Positions 23,150 through 34,862 of a stretch of DNA of 44,351 nt are shown piece by piece. Under the pieces are notes generated by a model that saw only the letters and a program-made list of their open reading frames with translations, did no database searches and was not told the DNA's origin. Both the position numbers and the translations under genes were made by a program. The stretch is from Chiloscyllium plagiosum (taxonomy: Eukaryota). The stretch spans positions 53,214,138-53,258,488 of the forward strand of contig NC_057718.1 in the NCBI RefSeq assembly GCF_004010195.1, read 5' to 3'. Each line of letters begins with the position of its first letter. The first letter of the stretch is position 1.

Positions 23150-23720
23150 GTAAGTACGCAAGGACATTGTTTGTGATGAGGAGAACCAAATAGCCTGGGC
23201 AGTGGGATTCTCCACCTTCGCTGGCTTCCTCCAGGAGCAGGACATTATCAATTACATCAATGTTACTTGGAAAACACTTTATCTACAATATGTCGGGTCT
23301 GTCAACAGAAAAGGCCTTCGTTCCATCAAGGTCAAAATTATATGTTAACATCAATGTCAAATTATGGAAGTCTGCACCAGATATGCTAGGAGCTGCCATG
23401 AGGCTTACATTCTAGAAAATGCACAGGTTTCTGTCTCCTACCAAGGTCTTCAGGTCATACTTTGGATTTTTTTCTGGGAGATAATGGCTACCCCTTTCCA
23501 AACATGACTCTTCTAAAAAATGCTCAGCCTCGTGCAGAATGAAAATACAATGCTGCTCATGCTTTGGCCTGGGTCACAGTGGAATAGACACAGACCTCAT
23601 TAAAATGATGTTTTGCTGGCTGGGTCACTCAGATGGGGCCTTGCTGTATATTCCAGAAAGGGTGTTCTGCATTGTTTTGTTCGCTATGATCTTCACAACT
23701 GGATCCAAAAAAGGGGGTGC
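23150..23720 (+). pseudogene. PIF/Harbinger (HARBI1-like DDE_Tnp_4) transposase remnant
   Basis: From 23199: AVGFSTFAGFLQEQDIINYINV..NRKGLRSIKVKIIC*H..IMEVCTRYARSCHEAYIL, then LGDNGYP and IKMMFCWLGHSDGALLYIPERV. These match the GFPxVxGAIDCTHV, NRKGFHSINVQ, YPGSxHDA, LGDxGYP and LKxRFRCL motifs. Confidence 0.85.
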
Positions 23721-23944
23721 CCTGAATGCCGAGGGAAAATAAGTAAACAGCAATCCATACTGATGAAGGTGAGGCTGAGAATAAGGACATTGACCAGGAA
23801 GGCCATTCTAGGCAGCATGATAGGGCAATGCACCAGGGAGCCAGAAAGGCCTGAGAAAACTATAATTGAATCTTGAACGAGTTAAGTTTGAAATTTTTTT
23901 AATTACTTGAGCCTCGCATGGTAACCTGGCCAATAGCCACTACT

Positions 23945-24460
23945 TAATGCAGCCATCTTCCCTTGTGTTAAGTATGACTCCAACCAGTGAAGAGTTTTCC
24001 CCCTGACTCCCACTGATTACAAATCAACTGGAGCTGCTTGATACACCACTTAATCAAATGCTGCCCTGATGTCAAAAGCAGTCAATCCCACAGTTTTGTT
24101 TGTTTGTCCATGATTGTACAAAGGCTATAATGTGGTTAGAACATTTCTTGATTCTGACAGACCCCAAACCGGGCATCAGCGAGCAGCTTATTGATGTGTA
24201 AGTGCCATTTGATTGCATGGTTTGATCAATTTTCTGATTGCCAGGAGTAGACAGATAAGGATATAACTATTCAAATAAGATTTGTCTGGTTTTTTATGGA
24301 CAGGAAATATCTGCATAGGTTTTTGCAATATCGGATAAATGCTAGTGCTATAGCTGTGATGGAATAACTTCACGAAGGGCACAGTTAAGGAATGGTTAGT
24401 CCTGAAGGACAAGTCTTCAGTACCAGCACCAGGAAGTTGTCAGGGTCCTCTGCCTTTTCT
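23945..24460 (-). mobile_element. Antisense RT fragment of the 2503-5198 LINE family
   Basis: The reverse complement is collinear with 3740-4220 (CCCTGACA.. at the start, GGGAAAACTCT.CACTG..TGGAGTC near the end). ORF 24188.. contains PVHKKPDKS. Confidence 0.75.
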
Positions 24461-24659
24461 GTTCCCCATGTCTTCCAACCTCACTGCAGGCTGTTATCTT
24501 CATGCTAAATCTGTATTTTCCAATGTGTTCCCTTCTGAGGTCAATTGGCTTCCTGATAGTTAAGAGTAAGTGTAAATGTATTTCAATGAAGGGGAATGGC
24601 TGATACCTCTGCACATGAATATTGATTGGAGTTGAATGTTTGGTATCTGCCAAGGTCTT

Positions 24660-25330
24660 ATTCAGTCTGGGTTGTGGCAGCGTTAGGTCTGGTTGATTGT
24701 TCTTTTACAACCAAAGTCTGAATTGGATTTTTAGGCTGAACAATGTTTCTAGGCAGTTATCTTTGTGTCTGTGCAGCTATCTCTGCGACTGCGTATTTTC
24801 CCAGAGCATAGCCCAGCCGTCTTTTTACTTCTAAAAGGTCATTTAAAAAGGCCATGACTTTGTTCCAGTACTTCAGAGAAGGAGGATTTTTGCTCAAACC
24901 TACAAAGGACAAGAGGTCTGGGACTTCTTTATTCTGGATAAGCTGGGCATCATCCTACACCACAGTTACTTTACAATTTAAATGATCCGCTATGTCTCAT
25001 CACGGAGACCAAAATCCTGAAGTAAAAGCCACCATCTGAATCTTTATCCAAAACATGACACCTTGAATGATACACAAAATTGAGCAATTCACCAACTCCA
25101 TTCCCTGAGCACTGCTCTAAAGTAGGCCTTTGCCCCCATCCATGTCTTCTTTGTATATATGTATTGCGATATCAACCATTGCCAGCCTGTTGTTGATGTA
25201 ATTTCCTGCCTGCTTTCCTTGACCATGTCCAAGGGATTGTTTGGTTGAGTGGTGAAGAAAGACAATTGGTCCATCATAGCAAGAAGAGGCTGTTGACTTA
25301 ACAAGGCAGACATAACAAGGCATAGTTTAT
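24660..25330 (-). pseudogene. Possible Gypsy gag/protease/linker remnant
   Basis: Degenerate minus-strand matches: KKTWMGAKAYFRAVLR (zinc-knuckle-like spacing), SFKL*..VTVV (FKLDTGAxVTV-like), LFSLKIQFRLWL*KNNQPDLTLPQPR (pre-RT linker-like). Confidence 0.3.
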
Positions 25331-25627
25331 TGTAGAACAGTAATAAGATGCAAGTTCCTTTTGTAAGACAAGCATTTTACTAAATTAATGAGGAGATCCA
25401 AGATGTAACACTTCATTCTCTAATATTCTAAGTTGTCCTGCGTTTTCCTGACCCAAGTCCTTTTGACATAATCAGATAGAGTGGAGCACGTGCAGTCTCA
25501 GATGTTAACCTTTTCAGAACCATTGCCTTTTACAACTCACAATTTATTTTTCACACAGTTAACATCAATACATTCATTTTGTACGATTACATTTAACAGT
25601 TACTTACCTTCCCTCAAATCTCTGACT

Positions 25628-28194
25628 TCACATATTTAAAAGGTCTGAAGGTTTCACAATAACATTTTCTTCAGGCATGAATGGATTGATGACTGTTTCG
25701 CTTGAGGAATGCAGATATTGATCCTGTTCTTGACCCAGTGAGGTCTGTAGATTATTGCTATCATGTAATTCATCATTGTGTTCATCCCAATGAACTATTA
25801 GTGAATTATTGTTTTGCAAAGAGATGAGGATTGAGCAGTTTTGGGATGCAACTGCCTCAGCCAGATGAATATAGCATCAACGCTGTGGTCTGCTGCCTCT
25901 TAAATGACTGTATCTTTCCTATTAAGGTCCCACCTCCATGCCAGTTTCTCTTTGGCCCATGCATGTCAATTGCCATGCACAGTGGCTATTCCTAGTAAGT
26001 CTACTCTTTCAGAGACATTGTTATAATCCCATAAACTTTTCTGTACAATCAATCCCTTTGGCAGGATAGGGAGTTGAGCCCTCAGTACTCAGCTCATCAA
26101 CAATTCGGATGTAAAGACAATAGCAATTTTCTTCAAAAGACTTTGGTTGTCTGGACTCCACACTCAGCTATCCCATTCAACCGCACCTCAGTGAGATTGT
26201 TACTCATTCAGATCCAGAATTGAGCACAAATTGTCTGAAAGACTCATTAGAAAACTAGGGTCCATTATCTGACACAATCAGGGACTCCATTAAAAGCAAA
26301 TGTTTCAGGCAAGACCCTGACAATTGCCTTGAAGATAGTGGAGCATTTAATATTTTGAACTCAATTTTCCATAATAAAGGATGTGAAGATAGAAGCTATG
26401 GTTCGTTAAGTTTGCAAACGACACCAAAATTGGAGGTGTAGTGGACAGCAAAGAAGGTGACCTGAGAGTACAATGGGGATCTTGATAAGATGAACCAATG
26501 GACCGAGGAATGGCAGATGGAGTTTAATTTTGATAAACGTGAGGTGCTGCATTTCGGAAAGGCAAGGTAGGACAGGGCTTATACACTTAATGGTAAGGTC
26601 CTGGGGAGTGTTGCTGAACAAAGGAACTTGAAATGCAGGTTCATATCTCCTTGAAAGTGGAATCGCAGGTGGATAGGATAGTGAAGAAGGTGTTTGATAT
26701 CGTTGCCTTTATTGGTCAGTGCATTGAGTATGAGAGTTGGGAGGTCATGTTGAGGCTGGTATAATTACAATATTTAAAAGGCATCTGGATGCGTACATGA
26801 ATAGGAAGGGTTTAGAGGGATACGGGCTAAGTGCTGGCAAATGGGACTGGACAAATTAAGGATATCTGGTTGGCATGGACATGTTGGATGAAAGGTTGTG
26901 TTTCTGTGCTGTACATCTCTATGAATCTCTGGCTTTATGACTCTAAAAGTCAATAGCAATAACATAAGATCATCAGTCAAACATAAATAGATCTGTTCCT
27001 ACCCGTTCCCATGGGCTGTTTAGGAAAGCATGGATATCAATTACTTTCACTACTCAGGCCTGCAAATGGTATAAGTTTCACAGTCAACTATGAGATTCTC
27101 ATTCTCCTTTGTGATCCCTAGCCATCACAACTGTGACTGAAACCTGCCTTTGCACTTGGTAATCCCTTAGAGTCCCTGTGTATCTTGTCTGGGATATCTT
27201 CACACAGCGAAGCTGGAATTACCATTAAATGATTGCAGCTCATCCACAATCATGCAGTGTTTTCAACACCCAAAATATTTTGTTGGGTGTTGTGCAAGGG
27301 TTAGAAGGTATCATATGCCACATGGATTCATATTGCGACATGGGCCTTTAGTCTGACCACTTTTCAACATGTAACTGGCAAACAGCAGCACACCCTTGAT
27401 CCTTTGGTTCTTGCATTTAATTGAGGCTATCTGAGTTGCTGGCCACTTTACTTCCATGAACCATGTATACAATTCAATTTCACAAACTAATAGATCAGCA
27501 TTTGATGCAAGAATATCAATTGCTGTTCTGGAGACAATTCCACTGATGCCTTTTTGTCGCAGAGGCAGACTTCATGCAGAGTAAGAATCCAGTTATCTAT
27601 GGAAGTACCCTGTTGATTCTTTCTCATCTTAGAGAGAAACCATTGATTTTTGGCCCATCCTTTTGAGAACATTCACTTTAAGGATGAAGTATGACTCAGA
27701 TAGATTCCTTCCCTTTTCATTATATTGTCTCTATGTCTGACAATGCCTTGGAGGCATAATACATCAGTTTTTGACAACTACCTTGTTGTTGTGGAAGACA
27801 AACTGCTCTTTTGTCTGTACTTGAAGCATCAGCAGCTCTGATAGTTGGAAAGGAGGACTGTAATGGGCCAGAACATCTGTAGATGCCACCACGCCTTTAG
27901 TCTTTTGAAAAATCTCTTTTTGATGCAAGTCTCAGCACCAACCTTGTATCCTCTTTCAGAATTTCCAAATGAAGCAAAAAGCTTTGCCAGGTGTTTTACC
28001 ATGTCTAAAAATCTTGGAAGGCTATGGCCAACTTCAGAGCCCATCTGTTTTCAAAGGGTTTGGCAATAATCCATCCTTGTTGACAATGTATCCAAGGAAG
28101 TAAAACTGAATGGAAACTCTGATTTTCCTCAACCATCTTCCCATGTCGCAATATGTATCCATGTGGCATATGATATCTTCTAACCCTTGCACAA
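25628..28194 (-). mobile_element. Decayed Ty3/Gypsy pol (RT-RNase H-integrase), interrupted by a CR1
   Basis: Minus strand order: VQGLEDIICHMD, FLGYIVNKDG, RFLDMVKHLAK, AADASST..AVL, GITKCKGR...WLGITKE, PWERVGTDLF (26985-27014), SDNGP (26258-26272), NGIAECGVQT, VIVKPSDLLNM*. A PPT-like GAGGGAAGG follows at 25607-25615. Confidence 0.9.
26379..26944 (+). mobile_element. CR1 LINE 3' portion with an internal deletion of about 400 bp, inserted in the Gypsy integrase
   Basis: KFANDTKIGG..WQMEFN..KREVLHFG followed by a CR1 3' UTR. The junction is at GGCTG 26754-26758. Confidence 0.9.
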
Positions 28195-29903
28195 TATAGA
28201 ACATAGAACATAGAAAAGTACAGCACAGAGCAGGCCCTTCGGCCCACGATGTTGTGCCAAGGATTATTCCTAATCTAAAATAAAATAACCTAACCTATGC
28301 ACCCCTCAATTCACTGCTGTCCATTGCATGTCCAGGAGTCACATAAATGTCCCTAATGACTCTACTTCCACCATCACTGCTGGCAACGCATTCCATGCAT
28401 CCACAACTCTCTGCATAAAGAAACTACCTCTGATATTTCCTCTATACCTTCCTCCTAATATTTGAAAACTATGACCCCTTGTGCCAGGGGAATCCTGGCC
28501 CTGGGAAAAAGTCTTTCGCTCTTGACTCTATCCATGCCTCTCATTACTGTGTATACCTCGATCAGGTCACCTTTCTTCCTACTTCTCTCCACAGAGGAAA
28601 GTATGGCTTAGTCTATCTCTCTTCATAAGACAAGCCCTCCAGTCCAGGCAGCATCCTGGTACACCTTCTTTGCACCATCCCCAAAGCCTCTGTATCTTTC
28701 CTATAATAGGGCGACCAGAACCGGACACAATATTCCAAGTGTCTCACTAGGGTCTTGTAGAGCTGCAGCATAACCTCGCAGCTCTTAAACTCAATCCCCC
28801 TGTTAATGAAAGCCAAAACACCATATGCTTTCTTAACAACTCGATTCACTTGGGTGGCAACTTTGAGGAATCTATGCACTTAAACACCAAGATCCCTCTG
28901 TTCCTCCACACCAAGATCCCTCTGTTCCTCCACACTGCCAAGAATTCTGTCTTTAATCCTATATTCAATATTCAAGTTCGACCTTCCAAAATGCATCACT
29001 TTACATTTATCCAGGTTGAACTCCATCTGCCATTTCTCAGCCCAGCTCTGCATCCTGTCGATGTTACGCTGCAGCCTGCAATAACCCTCGATACTATCAA
29101 TGGCATCTCCAACCTTTGTGTCATCAGCAAATTTACTAACCCACCCCTCAACCTCCTCATCCAAGTCATTTATAAAAACTACAAAGAGCAGAGGCCCAAG
29201 AACAGAGCCCTGCGGGACACCACTCAACACTGACCTCCAGGCAGAATACTTTCCATCTACAACCACTCTCTGCCTTCTGCCAGCCAACCAATTTTGAATG
29301 CAGATAGCCAAATCTTCCTGTATCTCATACTTCCTGACTTTATGCATGAGCCTACCATGGGGAACCTTATGAAATGCCTTGCTGAAGAGTATATACACTA
29401 CATCCACTGCTCAACCTTCATCGACCTGCCTTGTCACCTCCTCAAAGAACTCAACAAGATTCATGAGGCATGACCTGCCCCTCACAAAGCCATGGTGAAT
29501 GCCTTTAATCACTTTATGCTTTTCCAAATAGTCATAAATCCTATCCCTCAGAATTATTTCCAAAACCTTGCTGACCACAGACGTAAGACTGACTGGTCTG
29601 TAATTGCCAGGGATTTCCCTATTCCCCTTCTTAAAAAGAGGAACAACATTCGCCTCCCTCTAATCCTCTGGTAAAACTTCCGTGAAGAGTGAGGAAGCAA
29701 AGATCTTCGCCAGAGGCTTAGCAACCTCCTTTCTCGCTTCCTGGAGCAACCAAGGATAAATTTGGTCTGGCCCTGGGGTCTTACCAATCTTAATGTTTGC
29801 CAAAATTTCCAGCACATCAACTTCATCAATCTTGATCTGTTCAAGCCTGTTTCCCACCTCCTCAAAGTTCTCATTCACAACAAAGTCCCTTTCCTTAGTG
29901 AAA
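28195..29903 (-). mobile_element. CR1 LINE, 5'-truncated (about 1.7 kb)
   Basis: ORF 28880..29407 FSKAFHKVPH..GVPQGSVLGPLLF..KFADDTK, plus ORFs 28613.. and 29660... The (TTCTATG)n tail is at 28195-28215. A 24-bp tandem duplication lies at 28885-28932. Confidence 0.96.
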
Positions 29904-29911
29904 AGCTAAGC

Positions 29912-29991
29912 AAAAAGCTGCAGAGTCCCCAAGTGGATTATGAGATTCTACTCTTGAAACTTGCTCTGACTTTGGTGGAGCACTGCAGCAA
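29912..29991 (-). mobile_element. Penelope GIY-YIG C-terminal fragment (inverted arm)
   Basis: The reverse complement reads LLQCSTK..KFQE*NLIIHLGTLQ, resembling LLQCxxEAxRKLEEQHLIFRLGTLQP. Confidence 0.7.
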
Positions 29992-30627
29992 TGTTATGGA
30001 CCAGACCAAACCCTCTCAAAATATATTAAGAAGGTAGCTTACACTCTAACATTTTCTTATTTTAAAGGTAAGTGTATGACATTGCATTTCAGTTGCAATT
30101 TGATTGGTCGACTTTAAGTAAAGTACACTTTATTTTTATTCTACAGTTTAAGATACAAAAAAATTAAAAAGGAACGAAAGGAATAGGATTAAGCCTGTAA
30201 CTCTACTGAAATGTTTAACAAAATAATATGTCATAATTACTGCTAATTAACTGTCCGAACATAGTAAAATCCCAGAACCACACACTTGGCAAAGGCAAAT
30301 TCGGTAAAATGAATTGTCTTGTGTGCAATTCAAGCAGTAGGAAGAGAACCCGAGGTCTTACCTTTAACAGGAAGAGGAATAGGAGCTTCCACATCCAGCT
30401 TCAAGGCCCCAGCAACTATAGAAAGCTAAAACTAAAAATCCTGGTTCTGTGAGAACTTGATCCCACCCATTCAGGCTGCTTCTATTGTTCTGCATTTAAA
30501 AACAAACATAAGGGCTCACAAGATGTTTCCTTTATTGGCTTTAAGCAGACCACTTGATATCTCTGTTTCAACCTTTCTTCACAAAAAAAAGACAAACCTT
30601 ACCTCTTAAAGCCATTGTATCATTAAA
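29992..30627. mobile_element. Solo LTR (Gypsy-type), 636 bp, inserted in the Penelope fragment
   Basis: Starts TGTTATGG. A 4-bp TSD GCAA (29988-29991) / GTAA (30628-30631) flanks it, and removing it restores CTGCAGCAAGCCTG. The terminal CA appears mutated. Confidence 0.7.
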
Positions 30628-30635
30628 GTAAGCCT

Positions 30636-30898
30636 GTGATTCCTCTACATTGAGGAAATGAAACACAGATTGGGTGACTGCTTTGCAGAATATCTACATT
30701 CTGTCCACAAAACTGAACCTGAGTTTTCTGGGTTGCCTGCCACTTCAACACATTACCATGTTCCCTGGCCAAAATCTCCATCTTGAGCTTACTGCAATCC
30801 CTTCTTCAGAATTTCACTGCACCGGAAACATTAACTATACTTTCTCTCCACAGATGCTGCCAGGCCTGCTGAATTTCTCCAGCAATTTCTGTTTTTGT
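30636..30898 (+). mobile_element. Penelope GIY-YIG endonuclease remnant plus pseudo-LTR end
   Basis: LYIEEMKHRLGDCFAEYLHSV..VACHFNTLPCSLAKISILSLLQ (LYIGETKRRLGDRFAEHL-like), then GAAACATTAAC and CAGATGCTGCCAGGCCTGCTGAATTTCTCCAGCA. Confidence 0.85.
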
Positions 30899-31559
30899 AC
30901 CATTCTCTTAGGTTAGTCATCAGGGAGGTTACTCCCATTCTGGACTTGTCCTCAAATTGTTTTGGATATGTTCCCCTCAGGAATGTGGAAACCTTTTGGG
31001 TATGTAATGAGATCATTGTTCAGCATCCTTCTTTAACATGATGCCATTTTCACTGTAGAGTTTCTCGAATCATGTGAACAATTTAGGGTAACCCTTCTCA
31101 AAAGGAATTTTTATGCCAGTGCTGCTCACTTCCTTCAATCTTTCAATGAGAATTGAGAGCAAGCCATACAGTTTTGCTCAAGTGGGGCACTTCCTGGTTG
31201 TCAATTATGCATGCATTCTCTACCATTTTACACCATTTATGTTCAAATGTTTATTGCAGCATGTTTTAAATCTTGTGAACTGTTCCATCTGGACCATGTA
31301 GTTTTATCTCTCTAGGCTACAACTTCTGTTGCTTTTGAAAAGGAAAGACTACCTTTAAGAGATCCAGTCTAACTGTGAGCTGTGCCTGCCAGTCAAATGC
31401 TGGAGCCCCTGTTGAGTGTACAGCCTGTCAGCAGCACGTTTTGTGATAGGATGTGCTGACATCATTTAGATAGCAGGTAGTGCACAGTTTGGATGTTTCC
31501 TGCTTCAATAGGACCAAGAAAGAAATAATCATGCATTATTGTCAGCTAAGTCTGAAGAT

Positions 31560-31745
31560 GGGTCCACATGAAAATTGTGCTGTCTCCCCAACTTGTACCA
31601 AGATCTATGGTTGCCTCGATGCATGTTGGACTAGCCACTGCTAGTGTTAACATTGGCCAGGGAGAGCAGCAGTTAGGAAAATTGTTCAACACATACGTGG
31701 TTTTTTGGAGAAAGAGAATGTTGTCCTTGGCGGGCTCACAGGGGT
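31560..31745 (-). pseudogene. Possible second Myb/SANT-like (Harbinger ORF2) remnant
   Basis: Minus strand KDNILF..(about 18 aa)..SPWPMLTLAVAS, then a frameshifted RSWYK. The spacing fits DVLF...W..VA..V.A...RTW.QC. Confidence 0.3.
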
Positions 31746-34451
31746 GGGGCTAGAGGCCACAAGTGGGAGCTGAAGTGTAGGATAGTTGGCAGAACCTCTG
31801 GAATCAGTGAGTACAAGTTCAAGAGCTATGGGAACAGCTGGAGGCACCATGGGCTAGTTGTCTTGGTGTCTCAGGTAGAGACTGAGAGGCCATGAGTGTT
31901 CACAGGCAAGACTTGCAGGCGTTAAGGCTTATGTTATGGGCTGGGAACTGGAGTGAGCGCCCAACTGCTGCAGACCCAAGAATACAGTATGGATAGTACC
32001 TAAGTCCACCCAAGTCTGAGAAGCCCCAAGGAAATGTTGTTCATGGTATGGATGTCTGATGGAAACAAGAGAGCTGGCTTTCATTATCTAACATATGCGT
32101 CTGAAGCATTGCTGATTTGAGAAAAAGGACTGAGCCCTCAATGTTCATTAGGATGGTCTTTAACATGAATGCATTGGTACAGTTGTTTTCACTGGAATAA
32201 AAGATCACTGAACTGGAACTTTGCATGTTCCATGTATGTTTTCCCGCATTACTTTAAATGAGCCAGCCATTCTCTAATGCTTACGAAACAGTGAAACCAA
32301 CAACTTTACATTGCTAATTTGCGAAAAGAAAATCTTCCCTGATTAGCTATAAGGCTAAAACACTATCATCTTTCCTTTGGTATGTAGTCGGCCAATAGGA
32401 ATGGTCTGTCCAAGCATTGATCTGTCTCGCTTGCTAATGTAGTTAATGTTCTGAATCCCAGAAGTATACTTTGCATTCCAGCTTATGTAATGTACTTTTT
32501 AAAAACTAAAACAAGTTTAGTCATTAATTGTACTACAGAGCCAAGGTGCTTAATCATATACCTTTTTATCTTTCAGTTTTGAAATTATACTTGTAGAATT
32601 TTGAATAATAGATGGAAAATCATCACTCTGTCTAGGTGTATGTATTAGTAAACAGCTATTAAAATATTGCTGGTTCTACAGGAAAATATGGCAAATCCAG
32701 TATCACAGCATGATGTGACTTAATATCATATAGCAGCAGCTAGGAGTTAGTACTTTCAGAAATGCACATGAAACTCATTTCCCGTTTTCTCTAAAGAAAT
32801 TAGAGTTAGTAATAAATTCCATTCATATTAAAATTTCAATTCATTAGTTATCTTTTGGTGAATGCATCTCCCTTGATTTTTTTAAGTTATTATTCATGGG
32901 ATATTTTTCTTACTTTCAGCAGATTTCCATAAATCCCAGATTAATAATGGTGCAAGTTTCAATTACTTGTGTCTCAGTTTAATTTTCAGCGTTACATTGT
33001 TACTTTGAACTGCCGGGACTAAATTAAATGCATTCTCAATCACTGGATCACTCTTGCTGTGCTGCTCATGATGGTAAATTATTTAAAAATTCAGTGACGC
33101 TCTTGGAACAATAGCACTGCTAGGTCACCATCTGTTACAGTTTGCTACCTACATACAAAATGAAGTGCATCATGTAATCATCTTGTAATGCATTATAGAT
33201 GTGTTGATGAAGGTGTTCATAGAAATATATGGTTACTGTATCAAAGTGTGATTTTATAAATAATCGGCTTTGTCATACAGACGGCTGTAATTGAATGCAC
33301 TTTGCACTGATGGAAGAAGCAAAGTGGACTGCTTTTAGGAGTCATTACTGTATACTTGTTAATATTAACAATCACTTATGTGGTGACATAATGTCTGTGA
33401 CGGTCTATAGAATTCTATGCCTCGTCAATACACGCTGGTGCTTTCTCCAGTCTGTAGTATTTCCCTTTAATCAGGATTGATTTTTACTGTGATTCAATTT
33501 GCAGCTTCTCAGCAAAGCTCACAGCAAGAAATTTGAGAATCTGGTAATGCAGGATTTGTCCATTATAAAGAAAATGCTACGGCATTTGAGGTTACAATAC
33601 ACTATGATCAACAAAGTAGTAAGCCATGAGCTATTTCTCTTTTCACAATACGGACAGGATGACACTTAATGAATGATAATTGGATGTAAAATGCTGCCCA
33701 CCGTATCACATTTTGATTACCTTGACATTTATTCTTCTTTAAGGAGATCAGTTTGACCCACAGAAAGTTGTTTTTAGTTCAGTTAAGTCTGTGAAGAGGC
33801 ATTTTAAGTGATCAATTAAAATTCTTTAATGGTTCCACTCAAAAAACTTAGCTAGATCATTGCTATTTAATGAAGAAAAATGTACACAAGATGTACTGAT
33901 CACCCCTAAGTGCAGGGTGGTGACACAGCATACTCCAAGATCAATATGCACAATGACAGAGTGCTGAGGTGTGCTAGTGACTTTGCCACTTCCCAGTCTG
34001 ACTCTCATCTCTTGTCTTTTGACTATCACCAGGCAGCTGTACTAGAATGCCTTAAAAGCCAATCTGCAAAGTCTGCATTGAGTATTTTTCAGATCTGTCT
34101 GTGTCTCACACATTAGTACATGGTGCAATCTCAAAATGCATTGGAGGGAGCTCTTCAAATTCAGACAGTGTGATCTTTGTCCCCTCTCAGCCCTGGTTCC
34201 TTAATCTTCTCTCCCTTCATTCTATTTTTGAGGAAGTTGCTCCTTTCTCAATGAGTATTTTTGGGAAATGCATATTGAAGCAAACGTAAATTATATCCTT
34301 ATAATGCATAGATCTTCCCCAATATTTGAAAGTTAATATTTTAAAATGTACTTAGGAAAGGTGCTGAACCGTAGCAATGTTATCTACTGTACCTCACTTG
34401 GAATTTTAAACTAGTGACACAGCATCATTAAAAATCAGTCAGAAGAAAAAA

Positions 34452-34519
34452 TTATATATATATAACACACATACACACACACACTCACACACACATACTC
34501 GCACACATACACACACACA
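34452..34519. repeat. (TA)n / interrupted (CA)n microsatellite
   Basis: TATATATATATA followed by ACACACATACACACAC and further interrupted CA repeats. Confidence 0.95.
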
Positions 34520-34862
34520 GAATATAAGTAATTCTGCATGTTTTCTTTTAAGATAATGGTCACTTATTTCAGCAGCAATAACCTTGAGGCTTCTATCCAG
34601 AAATGATGTGGTCTTTTTGCCACTTCCTTTTTAAGCTACAATATTGTTCAGGCATAAAAACCAACATAAAAGCATTTTAAGTTAATATTTCTTTTGAAAA
34701 ATTGTGAAAGACTGACTTCATCTTCTATTTCATAGTGAAATCCATGTCTAGCATTCTGTGAGCACTTAACTCTAAGGTATACTCAGTTTTAACAGTGCGA
34801 AATTTAACTTTTAAAAATATTAATAGAATTCAATTCTGCCCAGCAATAGGACAGAGCCTTAT

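Noticed and set aside
23199..23742. Domesticated HARBI1 host gene
   Set aside because: An in-frame stop, frameshifts and altered catalytic Asp motifs indicate a dead transposon copy.
28613..29878. Active reverse transcriptase gene
   Set aside because: It is 5'-truncated and split by stops, frameshifts and a duplication. The same applies to 10695-11663 and 37454-39956.
32563..32645. Acceptor and donor pair resembling an exon
   Set aside because: All three frames contain stops. It could only be non-coding, and nothing else supports it.
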